Shown one piece after another: positions 42,544 through 52,023 of a DNA stretch of 56,722 nucleotides. The notes under the pieces are model-generated. The model searched no databases. It worked only from the letters and a program-made list of their open reading frames with translations, and had not been told where the DNA came from. The DNA comes from Candidatus Micrarchaeia archaeon (lineage in GTDB: Archaea; Micrarchaeota; Micrarchaeia; Anstonellales; Bilamarchaeaceae): contig JAWOLP010000022.1 in the NCBI GenBank assembly GCA_033853355.1, positions 1 to 56,722 of the forward strand, given 5' to 3'. Position numbers and translations under genes: made by a program. Position 1 is the stretch's first letter. The number at the start of each line of letters is the position of its first letter.

Positions 42544-43551
42544 TCAGAGGTCCCGCGAAACGACATAGTCGGCCAGCTTCAGCAACGACTCCTTGTCCTT
42601 CGAGTCCGGCAGGCCCAGGACCTGCCGCTTGGCCTCCTCGACGAGCCTTTTCGCCCGGTCTTTGGCGAACTCTATGGAGCCGCTCCCGCGCAGCATGCTT
42701 ATCGCCTCGTCGATCTCCCCCTTCTCCTGCGTGTGCGACGAGAGTATCTTCACGAGCCTCTCGCGGGCGGGCTTGTCGGCATTCCGCAGGAAATGCACCA
42801 CCATGAGCGTGCGCTTGCCCTCCGAGATGTCGCCGCCGATCTCCTTCTTGTATTTGTCGAACTCGCCGGTGAGGTTTAGCACGTCGTCCTGTATCTGGAA
42901 CGCCGAGCCGAGGCTCTCCCCGTACGCCCGAAGCTTCCCCCGCAGCCGCTTGCCGCCTCCGGCCAGGGACGCGCCTGCCTCGCATGATAGCCCCATGAGG
43001 GCGGATGTCTTGCCGCCTATCATCGCGAGGTATTCCTTCTCGTCGACGTCGAAGCGCCCTCCCTTTATCCAGTCGAGCTCGATCCCCTGCCCGTCCACGA
43101 CCCTCTTGAACGCCTCTGCGTAGAGCATCTGCAGGCCGACGAGCCTCCGGGGAGGCATCTCGAGGGACACCAGGCGCCTCCAGAGGAGGGTGTAGAGAGC
43201 GTCCCCTGAGTTGAGCGCGATGGCGGTCCCGTGCTGGATGTGGAGGGTCGGCTCGCCCCGCCTGAACTGCGACTGGTCCTCGATGTCGTCGTGGATGAGG
43301 GTGAAGTTGTGGAACAGCTCGATTATCGCGGCCGGCACGATTGCGTCCTCGTACCTTCCGCCGGCGGCCGCGCAGGAGAGCAGGCAGAGGGCGGGCCGGA
43401 TCCTCTTCCCGCCGCGCTTGAGGAAGGGGCCGAGCATGCCGTAGACGCGGCGGTCCTCCCCATCCAGGTCCTTCTCCATGACCCTCTCGATCGCGGAAAG
43501 CTGCTGCTCCAGATGGGGATAGATGTCCATGGGATTACCTCGTCCGCTCAT
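42544..43551 (-). CDS. idsA: Geranylgeranyl diphosphate synthase (trans-polyprenyl synthetase)
   Basis: First DDxxD (LIHDDIED) and second (FQIQDDVLN) aspartate-rich motifs. Start set at M41 (MSGRGNP). M48 (43530) is also possible. Confidence 0.9.
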   Translation of the reverse strand: MSGRGNPMDIYPHLEQQLSAIERVMEKDLDGEDRRVYGMLGPFLKRGGKRIRPALCLLSCAAAGGRYEDAIVPAAIIELFHNFTLIHDDIEDQSQFRRGEPTLHIQHGTAIALNSGDALYTLLWRRLVSLEMPPRRLVGLQMLYAEAFKRVVDGQGIELDWIKGGRFDVDEKEYLAMIGGKTSALMGLSCEAGASLAGGGKRLRGKLRAYGESLGSAFQIQDDVLNLTGEFDKYKKEIGGDISEGKRTLMVVHFLRNADKPARERLVKILSSHTQEKGEIDEAISMLRGSGSIEFAKDRAKRLVEEAKRQVLGLPDSKDKESLLKLADYVVSRDL

Positions 43552-43565
43552 GATTAAAAAAGTTT

Positions 43566-43865
43566 CTAAAGCCGCTTCGAATGGCCGCACCGGCAGCGCA
43601 CCCGCAGGCACGCGTTCTTCCGGTCGAACGAGACCGTGACGGTCTTGCCGGGGATCCATATGAGCATGCACTTGCGGCAGAAGCTGTTCCGCATCTCCTT
43701 GGGGAGCTTGACCTTGTTCTTCTTGAGCAGGTCGAATGCCATCCGGACGTAGCGGCGGGAGCGCTCCTCGTTGCCGGCCAGGTAGGCTTTCCTGGCCTGC
43801 TCCAGCAGCCGCTCTATCGACGAGCGCACGCTGGTTTTTATAATGTTCTTCCGCCTACTATCCAT
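43566..43865 (-). CDS. rnp4: RNase P protein component 4 (Rpp21/Rnp4)
   Basis: 99 aa. Basic helical N-terminus plus zinc ribbon CRKC...CRCG. The upstream part of track ORF 43566..44240 is rejected (antisense to the DUF63-like gene). Confidence 0.85.
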   Translation of the reverse strand: MDSRRKNIIKTSVRSSIERLLEQARKAYLAGNEERSRRYVRMAFDLLKKNKVKLPKEMRNSFCRKCMLIWIPGKTVTVSFDRKNACLRVRCRCGHSKRL

Positions 43866-43877
43866 GCAGTTGGTTCG

Positions 43878-44741
43878 ATGGATAACTTTATATACGATTA
43901 CTTTGTCAGCCCGATCTGGGACCGGACCGGCTACAACATCGTCAATACCCTCGTGTACGCCGCCATCGCCATCGTGGCGGTCTATGTCATCGGCAGGATC
44001 CTCAAGGGCAGGGTGAGGATGGATGAGGCGTTCGTGAAGGGCGTGCTCTGCTTCGTGCTCTTCGGCTCCACGATGCGGGTCGTTACGGACTCGATAGATA
44101 ACGGGGTCTTCAAGCCTGTGACCCCGGTGCACCAGTGGGTCCTCGAGAGCCACCTGCTGGACTACGGCTATTTCACCGTTACGCCGGGGATATACGTCGT
44201 GACTGCTGCCCTCCTGCTCGCCAGCCTGGCGATATTGCACCGCCTGGGCAAGCCGCAGTGGCTCGGCTACGTCGGCCTGGCCCTCTGGCTGCCGAACTTC
44301 CTCCTCCTCGTCCCGTTCATGAAGTACGCAGCTTATGCGGTCCCGGTCCTCCTCCTAGCCGCCATACCGGCGTACCTCGCCTATCGGTGGCTCAAGGACA
44401 GGGTGCTGGCTCTGATCGTGGCCGGCCAGGCTCTGGACGGGGCCGCGACCTTCTTCGTGATAGACATATTCTCCAAGATCGTCAACATAAGCTATTTCGA
44501 GCAGCACGTCATATCCTCGGCCATAGGCCAGATGTTCGGGTCGTTCTTCCCGTTCTACCTGATAAAGGTCGGCATAGCCTCTGCCGCTGCGTACATCCTC
44601 AGCAAGGAGCCCGAGGAGATGGAGGCATCCTTCCTCTCGTGGAGGTTCGCGATGGACCGGTATTACCTGGCCCTCGTCATAATAATAATGGGATTCGCGC
44701 CAGGGATAAGGGACCTGCTGCGGATGGTGGTCGGGGCATGA
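43878..44741 (+). CDS. Archaeal multi-TM membrane protein (tentatively DUF63 family)
   Basis: 287 aa starting MDNFIYDYFVSPIWDRTGYNIVNT, with 7 or more TM helices. The family name is from memory only. The upstream part of the track ORF is R/A/G/P-rich. Confidence 0.65.
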   Translation: MDNFIYDYFVSPIWDRTGYNIVNTLVYAAIAIVAVYVIGRILKGRVRMDEAFVKGVLCFVLFGSTMRVVTDSIDNGVFKPVTPVHQWVLESHLLDYGYFTVTPGIYVVTAALLLASLAILHRLGKPQWLGYVGLALWLPNFLLLVPFMKYAAYAVPVLLLAAIPAYLAYRWLKDRVLALIVAGQALDGAATFFVIDIFSKIVNISYFEQHVISSAIGQMFGSFFPFYLIKVGIASAAAYILSKEPEEMEASFLSWRFAMDRYYLALVIIIMGFAPGIRDLLRMVVGA

Positions 44742-45208
44742 AGACTGCGAAGAGGTTCATGGAAAAGGCAATAGAGGTGGCGGAGAAGGGGGTCAGGGAG
44801 GGCAACTCGCCTTTCGGCTCCTGCATAGTCAAGGGAGGGCGGATAGTGGCAGTGGCCCACAACACGGTACTGGCCAGGCACGACGCGACCGACCATGCCG
44901 AGATGAACGCGATAAGGCTCGCCTGCAAGAAGCTGCGCAGCCACGAGCTCCGCGGTTGCGTCGTGTACTCCACGACCGAGCCTTGCCCGATGTGCTTCGC
45001 CGCCATACACTGGGCCAAGATCCAGGCGATCGTCTACGGCACGGCGATCGAGGACGTCAAGGAACTCGGCTTCTCGGAGCTGACAGTCAGCGACCGGAGG
45101 ATGAAGAGGGAGGGCCATTCGCCCGTCAAGATAGAGAGCGGTTTCATGCGGGAGGAATGCGTAGCCCTCCTGAAGTATTGGGAAAAGAGGGAAGGGAAGA
45201 CTTACTGA
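44738..45208 (+). CDS. CMP/dCMP-type zinc deaminase (guanine/cytosine/tRNA-adenosine deaminase-like)
   Basis: HAEMNAI and TEPCPMC zinc motifs. 156 aa. ATGA overlap with the upstream gene. Confidence 0.88.
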   Translation: MKTAKRFMEKAIEVAEKGVREGNSPFGSCIVKGGRIVAVAHNTVLARHDATDHAEMNAIRLACKKLRSHELRGCVVYSTTEPCPMCFAAIHWAKIQAIVYGTAIEDVKELGFSELTVSDRRMKREGHSPVKIESGFMREECVALLKYWEKREGKTY

Positions 45209-45459
45209 GCGCCCTGCCGGGCCGCCGCCATCTTCTTGTCCAGGTTGTCGAAAGCCTCCGCGACGCGCGGGTTCTTCTCGGGTCCCAGCACGTGGGAATG
45301 GACCTTCAGGTAGAAGCCCAGGCCGCCGACCGGCTCGTGGCCGTCCCTCGCCCGGAGGCGGTTGATCTCGTCGTAGAGCTTCACTACGGGGTATTTTCCC
45401 AGCAATTTCAATTCTGAGGCTGTCAAATCATCACCTATCTGCCACTGGCTGGCAGTCAA
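45202..45459 (-). CDS. Hypothetical small protein (85 aa)
   Basis: ATG 45459 lies about 26 nt from TATA-like TTTATATATAC (about 45481-45491). No motif. Confidence 0.45.
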   Translation of the reverse strand: MTASQWQIGDDLTASELKLLGKYPVVKLYDEINRLRARDGHEPVGGLGFYLKVHSHVLGPEKNPRVAEAFDNLDKKMAAARQGAQ

Positions 45460-45542
45460 TTGATCATATAGTGTGTAAAAGTATATATAAAGGTGATGGT
45501 TGTTCTAGCTACATTTAAATACTTTAATTGCCACATCATATC

Positions 45543-46175
45543 ATGGAGAACCCGAAATCCAGGCTGGCGATAGTCTACGACCGCTCGGCGGTCAGCGGGC
45601 CGGAGCTCGAGGCGGCGATGTCCGGCATCCGCAGGTTCAGCCGTTTCGGCGTGGAATGCGAGGGGATAGAGGTGTCCGACCGGAAGGCGCTCGCCACCGT
45701 CAAGAGGGGGGAGAGGATACGCGACATGATAGGCCGGGAAAAGACTGTTCTCAACCCGATGGATCTCCACAGCCTGCTCATAAGGGAAGCGTTCACGAAG
45801 CCCAGGGAAGTGATGGGGATAGGGATCATGGGGGGCGAGCTTGCCAGCTCGTCCGGCGGGGAAGGCGAGAGGCAGGTGGCCTCCACCGGCGTCAGCCTGA
45901 TAGGGGTGGGGGGCGTCGTGACGCTCAGGAAGATCCGCGCCACCCTGGACTGGCGGACGGCAGAGAGCACGATAGAGGCGGCGGTCGCCCATGAGGCGGG
46001 GCACATACTGGGGATCAGGGGCCACTGCGCGGATGCCGCCTGCCTGATGCGCGAGAACGAGCACCTGGAGGATTTCGTCGAAATCACGGTCAGGCAGGCC
46101 AGGGACCTCTGCGCGAGGTGCAACTCGCTCATCCGCTCGTTCATCAGCGTCGGGATGGAACGCGGCCAGCACTGA
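45543..46175 (+). CDS. amzA: Archaemetzincin (peptidase M54)
   Basis: HEAGHILGIRGHCADAACLM...(17)...CARC matches the HExxHxxGxxHCxxxxCxM...CxxC signature. Start set at MENPKS (ATG 45543), about 26 nt from TATA CATTTAAATA. Confidence 0.85.
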   Translation: MENPKSRLAIVYDRSAVSGPELEAAMSGIRRFSRFGVECEGIEVSDRKALATVKRGERIRDMIGREKTVLNPMDLHSLLIREAFTKPREVMGIGIMGGELASSSGGEGERQVASTGVSLIGVGGVVTLRKIRATLDWRTAESTIEAAVAHEAGHILGIRGHCADAACLMRENEHLEDFVEITVRQARDLCARCNSLIRSFISVGMERGQH

Positions 46176-46239
46176 TATCGGGCGCTGCGCCCCCGGACCC
46201 ATAGGGGCTTAAAAACCTTTTTTTCCATAAGAGCCGACT

Positions 46240-46914
46240 ATGAGGGACGCACGGATTAGGCTGCTCCTCCACCCGGAGCTGCAGGACCATGAGAGGAAGG
46301 CGGCCGCAGGCGCCGCGCGCAGGTTCGGGCAGTTCGGCCTCAAGGCCGAGTCGGTGCAGGGTCCGGACGCGAAAGTATGGAAGGACCGGTGCAGGCAGCA
46401 GGTCTTCGACCTCGTGTTCGGAGAGGGGAAAGCCGCCATCCGAGGCGTCGGGCATTTCTTCGAGCCGGTATATCCAGTGCCGAACGACGGCGCCATCCTC
46501 GCCGGCGTCACCGTCCGCGAGATCGCCTGGGGCGGAGACCCCGCGTTCAGGGGCGGGTTCAGCATCGACGGGGTGGGGTGCGTGCTTTCGCTCTCCGGCC
46601 TGAGGGCGTCGGGAACGCCCTACAGGGGCGCCGGGCCGGCCGACCAGCATGAGGCCGCCGAAGCGATCGAGCTGGCACTGACCAAGGAGATAGGGCATTC
46701 CCTGGTCGGCAAGACGCACAGGCGGTTTGGAAACGAGCCCCCCCACTTCGATGATTCGGGGTACTGCCTCAGCGCCGGATGCCTGCTCGAGAACACGGGC
46801 GATTACATATCATACTTGAGGAAGTCGCGTTCCCTGCGCGCTGATTTCTGCGGCGGCTGCATGGAACTCCTCAGATTCAGCGTCATCTCAATCAATCATC
46901 TGGGCTGCGCCTAG
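46240..46914 (+). CDS. Archaemetzincin-like paralogue with degenerate zinc site
   Basis: TKEIGHSLVGKTH...GYCLSAGCLLEN...DFCGGC. The Cys scaffold is retained but the first His of HExxH is Lys. Leaderless spacing from TATA GCTTAAAAAC. Confidence 0.6.
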   Translation: MRDARIRLLLHPELQDHERKAAAGAARRFGQFGLKAESVQGPDAKVWKDRCRQQVFDLVFGEGKAAIRGVGHFFEPVYPVPNDGAILAGVTVREIAWGGDPAFRGGFSIDGVGCVLSLSGLRASGTPYRGAGPADQHEAAEAIELALTKEIGHSLVGKTHRRFGNEPPHFDDSGYCLSAGCLLENTGDYISYLRKSRSLRADFCGGCMELLRFSVISINHLGCA

Positions 46915-48671
46915 AGCTTGCTCGCGACCGCTATCAGGAGCAGCAGGCCGCCCAAAAACACGAGCGGCAGGGTTATCTTGGCCACGGCGACGATGGAATT
47001 CACGGTCGAGATGACCTCTATGGACTGCTTCGCCCCGAGGACGCGGATGTCGAACCAGCGCGTGTCCTGGAAATACCGAGCCTCCTGCATGTCGCCTGCG
47101 GCCTCCTCCACCGCATCCCTGATTGCCGCGAGTATGTTCTCCTGCTCCTTGAGGGGATTCAGGACCCCGCGGACCATGTTCGTCTGGTGCGTGTCTGTCG
47201 TGAACACGCCCACGGTGAGATCCCGACCCAGCCTCTTGCCGAGCGCCTTGACCTCGGACTCGATCTTGTCCCTCGATTCGGGTGTCACCCCGTTCGAGTC
47301 TATGACGATGACCACGTATTCAGGCTTCGAGGAGATGACCGCCGCCTTCACCCCGCCCTTGCCCACCACGTCCGACTCGACCGACCGGAAAGCCACGCCG
47401 ATACGCAGGGGGGCCTTCTCGGCCTTGCCCGAAAGCGCCGCCCTGAGCGCGCCGAGGTAGTTGTAGCCGACGAGGCTTCCTGGCTCGAAGCTGGTGATGT
47501 CGCCGGTCTCGGCGTTATGCTGGTCGACTATCATCGCGCGGGAGGCGTGCTTCTCGGCCTCGAACATCAGGCTCAGCCCCAGGCCGAAATTGACGTCCTC
47601 GGTGACCAGCGGGGCGCGGCTGAGGCTCACTATCGCCGACTCGCCTATCCGGAGCGCCTGGGCCCTGCATTCGGCCGATTCGCCGAGCGAGAGGGAGACC
47701 TTCGCCGGCTGGTAGTCCGCCGAGCGGATCGCCTCGTCGGCGCACGCGAGTATCTTGCTTATCTCGCTCGTCGCCACCGGGTTGAGGTCGTGCGTCACGG
47801 TCCCATGGAAGACGAACGTCTTCGAGCCGTATCTCTTGTCCATCTCGGCGGCGATGAGGTGCGAGAACTCGCTGCCGCCGAGGTTCCCGAACGGCCCGTA
47901 ATGCACGTACGGCGTCACGAAGAAGACCGTGTCCTTCTTGCGGCGGAAGCCGCTTATGCACAGGACGGTCTTCACGTCCTCGCCGACCTGCTGGAAGACC
48001 CTCTCCACGTCCTTGTTGTGGTAGAGCCACTGGCTGAAGAGGTAGGACATGGCGTCGGTGGAGCTGAGGCCCAGGTTCTTCTTCATCGGTGCGTTTATGA
48101 TGAAGAAGAAGATGATGAGGGCCGCCAGAAGGACGAAGGACGAGACGTAGAATTTCGCCGCCACGTCTATGAACGGCGCGCTGGTCACGTAGAGGGCCTG
48201 GTTGCTGAAGAGGAAGAGGAGGTAGAAGAGGAGCTGCAGCATGGCGAAGATGATAGAGCGGTATTTGAGGATGAAGACGAAGCGGGCGATGACATACCAG
48301 AAGACGAACACGATAGCCGAGCCGACCAGTATGACCAGCTGGGCCCAGAGCGGGTTGACGCCCGATAGCAGCAGGCTGGCCCCATAGGCGAGGGCATAGA
48401 CAGCCTCGCCGGCCAGGGCGGTCGCGGCGATGCGGCGATAAGGCATCCGGCGGAGCATGAGCTTTATGACGACGGACGTGAGCAGGGCCGGCAGGGAGAG
48501 CAGCATCAGCCCGTCGACGAGCTGGTTGATCAGCGGCACCCCCTTGCCGAGGTCTATCACCAGCCCGAAGGCGAGCCCCAGGGCGAGTATGCCGATGATC
48601 AGGTAGGGCGCGGGAGGGAGGGTGATGAAATACGACGTGAGGTTGACCGCCTGGTTGATGTTCTTGGTCAT
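46911..48671 (-). CDS. Large archaeal membrane protein (tentatively DUF2070 family)
   Basis: 586 aa. About 6 N-terminal TM helices, a soluble middle domain and a C-terminal TM helix. The family name is from memory only. Confidence 0.65.
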   Translation of the reverse strand: MTKNINQAVNLTSYFITLPPAPYLIIGILALGLAFGLVIDLGKGVPLINQLVDGLMLLSLPALLTSVVIKLMLRRMPYRRIAATALAGEAVYALAYGASLLLSGVNPLWAQLVILVGSAIVFVFWYVIARFVFILKYRSIIFAMLQLLFYLLFLFSNQALYVTSAPFIDVAAKFYVSSFVLLAALIIFFFIINAPMKKNLGLSSTDAMSYLFSQWLYHNKDVERVFQQVGEDVKTVLCISGFRRKKDTVFFVTPYVHYGPFGNLGGSEFSHLIAAEMDKRYGSKTFVFHGTVTHDLNPVATSEISKILACADEAIRSADYQPAKVSLSLGESAECRAQALRIGESAIVSLSRAPLVTEDVNFGLGLSLMFEAEKHASRAMIVDQHNAETGDITSFEPGSLVGYNYLGALRAALSGKAEKAPLRIGVAFRSVESDVVGKGGVKAAVISSKPEYVVIVIDSNGVTPESRDKIESEVKALGKRLGRDLTVGVFTTDTHQTNMVRGVLNPLKEQENILAAIRDAVEEAAGDMQEARYFQDTRWFDIRVLGAKQSIEVISTVNSIVAVAKITLPLVFLGGLLLLIAVASKL

Positions 48672-48707
48672 CGTTTTTTAATATCGTCCCCGATGCTTTA
48701 AAACGAT

Positions 48708-49328
48708 ATGTCAGCCATAGTTTGCCCCAAGTGCGGAAGGACCAGCGACGAGGTCGAATTCATCGACGCCTTCTGCATCTACGATTATCCGCTCAACATA
48801 AAGACCCCCGACCGCGTGGAGCTCGAGCAGTGCACGAGGTGCGGGAGAATCAGGATCAGGGGCGAATGGACGCCGTATTCCGAGAAGAAGGTCGCCGACT
48901 TGGTCCTCTCCAGGTGCAAGGGCGATTTCGAGGAGGCGTCATACGACATGGCGTACCAGACCGCGAGCTTCCTTGTCAGGAAGGGATCCGCCCGGGTCGA
49001 GAGGAAGATCCCCCTCGACATCCGCAGGACCATCTGCCCGCAGTGCTCCAGGATAAGCGGCGGCTACTTCGAGGCGATAATCCAGCTCCGCGGCGACCGG
49101 GCGAAGGCGGAGAAGCTGGCCGGGACCCTGCTGAAGAGGCTGGAGAAGAAGACGTTCGTGACGAGGACCGAGGAGAAGGACGAGGGGCTGGACCTCTACA
49201 TCGGCAACTCCAAGGCGGTGGTGGCGCTGATGGGCGAGCTCGGCCTGAAAGTGCTCATTACCAAGAAGCTGGTCGGGCGCGAGGAGGGCAAGAGGCTCTA
49301 CCGGACGACTTTCCTTGTCAGGGTATAA
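48708..49328 (+). CDS. NMD3-family ribosome biogenesis/export factor homologue
   Basis: CPKCG...CTRCG...CPQCSRISGGYFEAIIQLRG, the NMD3 N-terminal zinc-binding pattern. 206 aa. Confidence 0.8.
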   Translation: MSAIVCPKCGRTSDEVEFIDAFCIYDYPLNIKTPDRVELEQCTRCGRIRIRGEWTPYSEKKVADLVLSRCKGDFEEASYDMAYQTASFLVRKGSARVERKIPLDIRRTICPQCSRISGGYFEAIIQLRGDRAKAEKLAGTLLKRLEKKTFVTRTEEKDEGLDLYIGNSKAVVALMGELGLKVLITKKLVGREEGKRLYRTTFLVRV

Positions 49329-49382
49329 TGAGGTCGCTCGAAAACAGAACCCGTGGCCAAGATTTGATATATGTTATAAATT

Positions 49383-50168
49383 ATGATAAAAAAGGAATAT
49401 TTAATAATCTCTTCTCTTAAAAACTCATTTATGGCGATTCGGCGATTGCATAGCGAAAAGATACCTTCAAACATCGCATTGATAGGGGTTACAGGCGGTT
49501 CTAAGCCTTCTTTCGGTACTTTGCTCGGCGATGCAAAAGTTAGAGAGCTGGATCTCGGGCCAGACCCAAAGGAAAAGATAATTGCAGTCGCAATAATCGA
49601 GAGTGTGTGTTTGCTTGTTGAGCAATATTCAGGCGACCTGTCCCAGACTGCGCTGTTACGGACCGCAGTTCCTTCGCGTTTTAATCAACATATTGTAGGC
49701 ACTCTTCCTAGGTTGGAGTTTGGCGGCGAATTCGAATATAAAGTCCCATTAGAGAGTGGGCGGATTTCTGTTTGCGAACTGCCTTTGGGCCGGCATTCAA
49801 TCCATGTGGAACTTCAAGAGATGGACACTTTACAGATACTATCCCGAAATAGCGTTAAACTTCGTCATGAACCTACCGGTGAGACCAGTAAGTTTCAAAG
49901 CTTCGATGTTTGGATAGACCTCGATGACAAAAAATATTCCTTATTTTTCGAGTGTGCAATCCCGGAAGCCCAAGTTGTTTTATATGAGAATACCCCATTG
50001 GCACATTCACCGCCCAGTGTAGGCGTTGCCGCCTTGGGTCCGCATGAAGCTGAAGAGTTAAGGCTATGGGGGCACAAAAGTGCAAGATCTCCTGAAAGAT
50101 TTGATGTCGGGCCATTTGTACTGAAAGTGATGTTTGCTGGTGCTGTTCCAGAACTTTCTTCACTGTAA
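49383..50168 (+). CDS. Hypothetical protein in a low-GC island
   Basis: 261-aa ORF with visibly A/T-rich third codon positions, unlike its flanks. Alternative start M17 (49431). No motif. Confidence 0.5.
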   Translation: MIKKEYLIISSLKNSFMAIRRLHSEKIPSNIALIGVTGGSKPSFGTLLGDAKVRELDLGPDPKEKIIAVAIIESVCLLVEQYSGDLSQTALLRTAVPSRFNQHIVGTLPRLEFGGEFEYKVPLESGRISVCELPLGRHSIHVELQEMDTLQILSRNSVKLRHEPTGETSKFQSFDVWIDLDDKKYSLFFECAIPEAQVVLYENTPLAHSPPSVGVAALGPHEAEELRLWGHKSARSPERFDVGPFVLKVMFAGAVPELSSL

Positions 50169-50180
50169 GCTTCGAATAGA

Positions 50181-51203
50181 TTACTCCGGTATCAGCACAT
50201 CTCCTTCCTTCTTTCCCTTCTCCTCCATCTCCTTCTCGGCGGCAAGGGCGTTCGGCAGGCGCAGGGCCTCGGGTATCGCCGGCAGGTGGATGAAGGTCGT
50301 CTTGAAACGCACGACCAGCGCGAAGACCGCGGCCTTGGCAGCCTCGACCCCGAATAGCGAGAACACCAGGGTGGCCCCGCCCTCGCTGAGGCCGAGGCCG
50401 GCTATGGTCGGCGAGGGGACGAATTCCAGCATCGTCAGCAGCGGCTGGAGGAAGAAATAGAACAGCGGCTCGGGGAACGGCGTCGCGACGGTTATCCCCA
50501 GGGCCTTGGCCGCGAAATACCACGAGAGCGAGCGGAAGCCCCAGCTGAATATTATGATGAAGAGTATGTGGGGGGTCCTCCGCACGACCACGTGAGAGCT
50601 GTCCTGCATCTTCAGCACCGTCTCGTATAGCTGCGAGACGAGGGGTATCCTGCGCACGAACGAGAAGAGCAGGACGAAGCGCTTGGAGAAGAGGGTGAGC
50701 ATCATCACAAGCACGAACGCGCTTATCACCGCCGCCCCGATTATGAGGACCCATCCCTGGCCCGGGCCTATGAACACGAAGAGGATGTAGAGGATCGCGA
50801 GGCCGCCCGAGACGACCTTGAATGCGAAGTCGAATATCTGCGGCCCGAAGATGGAGAGCAGGGCCTTGTCCGATTCGACCTTGTAGTTGTAGCGGAGCAC
50901 CGCCGCGGTGGCGAAGTAGCCGGTCCGGGACGGGGTGAAATCCGAGAGGAACATGCCCACGATGTGCGACTTGAGTATGTCGATGAAACCGAGGCGCACG
51001 CCCATGTCGGACAGCAGCATCCGTATCCGGTAGGCCAGGGTGAGGTCCATCAGGACCAGCATCAGCATGCTCAGCGCCACGTAGCGCCAGTCGATGTGCG
51101 CGAACGCCTGCACGGCCGCTCCGACGCCGACGTACTCGAGCACGAGCGCGATCAGGATGAGCGAAACGGCCGCGTTGAGCGCCAGTATGAGCCTACGGTC
51201 CAT
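50181..51203 (-). CDS. Flippase-like / LPG-synthase-TM (UPF0104) membrane protein
   Basis: 340 aa, about 8 TM helices. SDFTPSRTGYF and GLGLSEGG-type motifs are typical of the family. Confidence 0.72.
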   Translation of the reverse strand: MDRRLILALNAAVSLILIALVLEYVGVGAAVQAFAHIDWRYVALSMLMLVLMDLTLAYRIRMLLSDMGVRLGFIDILKSHIVGMFLSDFTPSRTGYFATAAVLRYNYKVESDKALLSIFGPQIFDFAFKVVSGGLAILYILFVFIGPGQGWVLIIGAAVISAFVLVMMLTLFSKRFVLLFSFVRRIPLVSQLYETVLKMQDSSHVVVRRTPHILFIIIFSWGFRSLSWYFAAKALGITVATPFPEPLFYFFLQPLLTMLEFVPSPTIAGLGLSEGGATLVFSLFGVEAAKAAVFALVVRFKTTFIHLPAIPEALRLPNALAAEKEMEEKGKKEGDVLIPE

Positions 51204-52014
51204 CCTTGACCTCCCTGAATCGGAGAGTGAACTCGAGCTTCTTGGTGTCTGGCGCGAGCCCTATCGCCGGCGGGATGATCGCGTTGACGGAGTTTATCTC
51301 GGCCATGGCCGAGTCGATCTCGGCCTGGGAGAGGTGGGTGTGGAAGCAGTTGAGGAAGCATATGAGGTTCTCGGCGCAGAGGTAGGCGGAGGCTTTGAGG
51401 TTGTCCTTCATCTCCTGCGGCCGCTTCTCAAGGGTTGTCGTCCCCTCCATGTTCGGGGTGTTGTGGTTCACGCCGAAGATGCTCGAGTGGGACTTCTGGC
51501 AGAGGACCCAGTACTGGTTGAAGAAGAACCGCTCGAAGAGCTCCTTCGAGTACAGCCTCTTCATCATCTTCCTGAAGTTGTACTTCCGCCGGAGGTTCTC
51601 CAGCTCGCGCTCCTTCGTGTGCGACCAGCCGCCGGACTTCATCAGCCGGAACTTCTCGGTCTCCAGGTCGCTTATCTGGGTGAAGTTGGAGTAGATGCCC
51701 TCATCGGTGAGGTACGCATACTCCCAGATGATCGTCTCGAAGACGGTGCGCATGTTGTTGCCGGCCGGGTCCAGCATCCCGCTCCGTATCATGTCGTAGG
51801 TTGCCGAGAGGTAGACGCAGTTGCGGTAGAAGAACGCCGAGAGGTACTGCTCCTTCTGCGCGAGGCCTCCGCTCCTGGCGAGCCTGAAATAGAGCGAGAA
51901 CGAGACGCCGATCGCCTTCTCGATGGCCTTGCAGTCGCCCTCGAAGAGCCTGCCGCTCTGGATGTGGACGTGCTCATATCGTCCTCTGAGGGCGTCGTAA
52001 TCTAGCTCAGCCAT
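51193..52014 (-). CDS. Hypothetical protein (273 aa)
   Basis: Normal composition. 11-nt overlap with the downstream flippase-like gene suggests co-translation. No motif. Confidence 0.55.
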   Translation of the reverse strand: MAELDYDALRGRYEHVHIQSGRLFEGDCKAIEKAIGVSFSLYFRLARSGGLAQKEQYLSAFFYRNCVYLSATYDMIRSGMLDPAGNNMRTVFETIIWEYAYLTDEGIYSNFTQISDLETEKFRLMKSGGWSHTKERELENLRRKYNFRKMMKRLYSKELFERFFFNQYWVLCQKSHSSIFGVNHNTPNMEGTTTLEKRPQEMKDNLKASAYLCAENLICFLNCFHTHLSQAEIDSAMAEINSVNAIIPPAIGLAPDTKKLEFTLRFREVKDGP

Positions 52015-52023
52015 GGGTGTTGA

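Noticed and set aside
43866-44240. Upstream 125 codons of track ORF 43566..44240 and upstream part of 43581..44741
   Set aside because: The two divergent genes (Rpp21-like ending at ATG 43865, membrane protein starting at ATG 43878) fully explain the region. The extensions are antisense to each other and compositionally abnormal.
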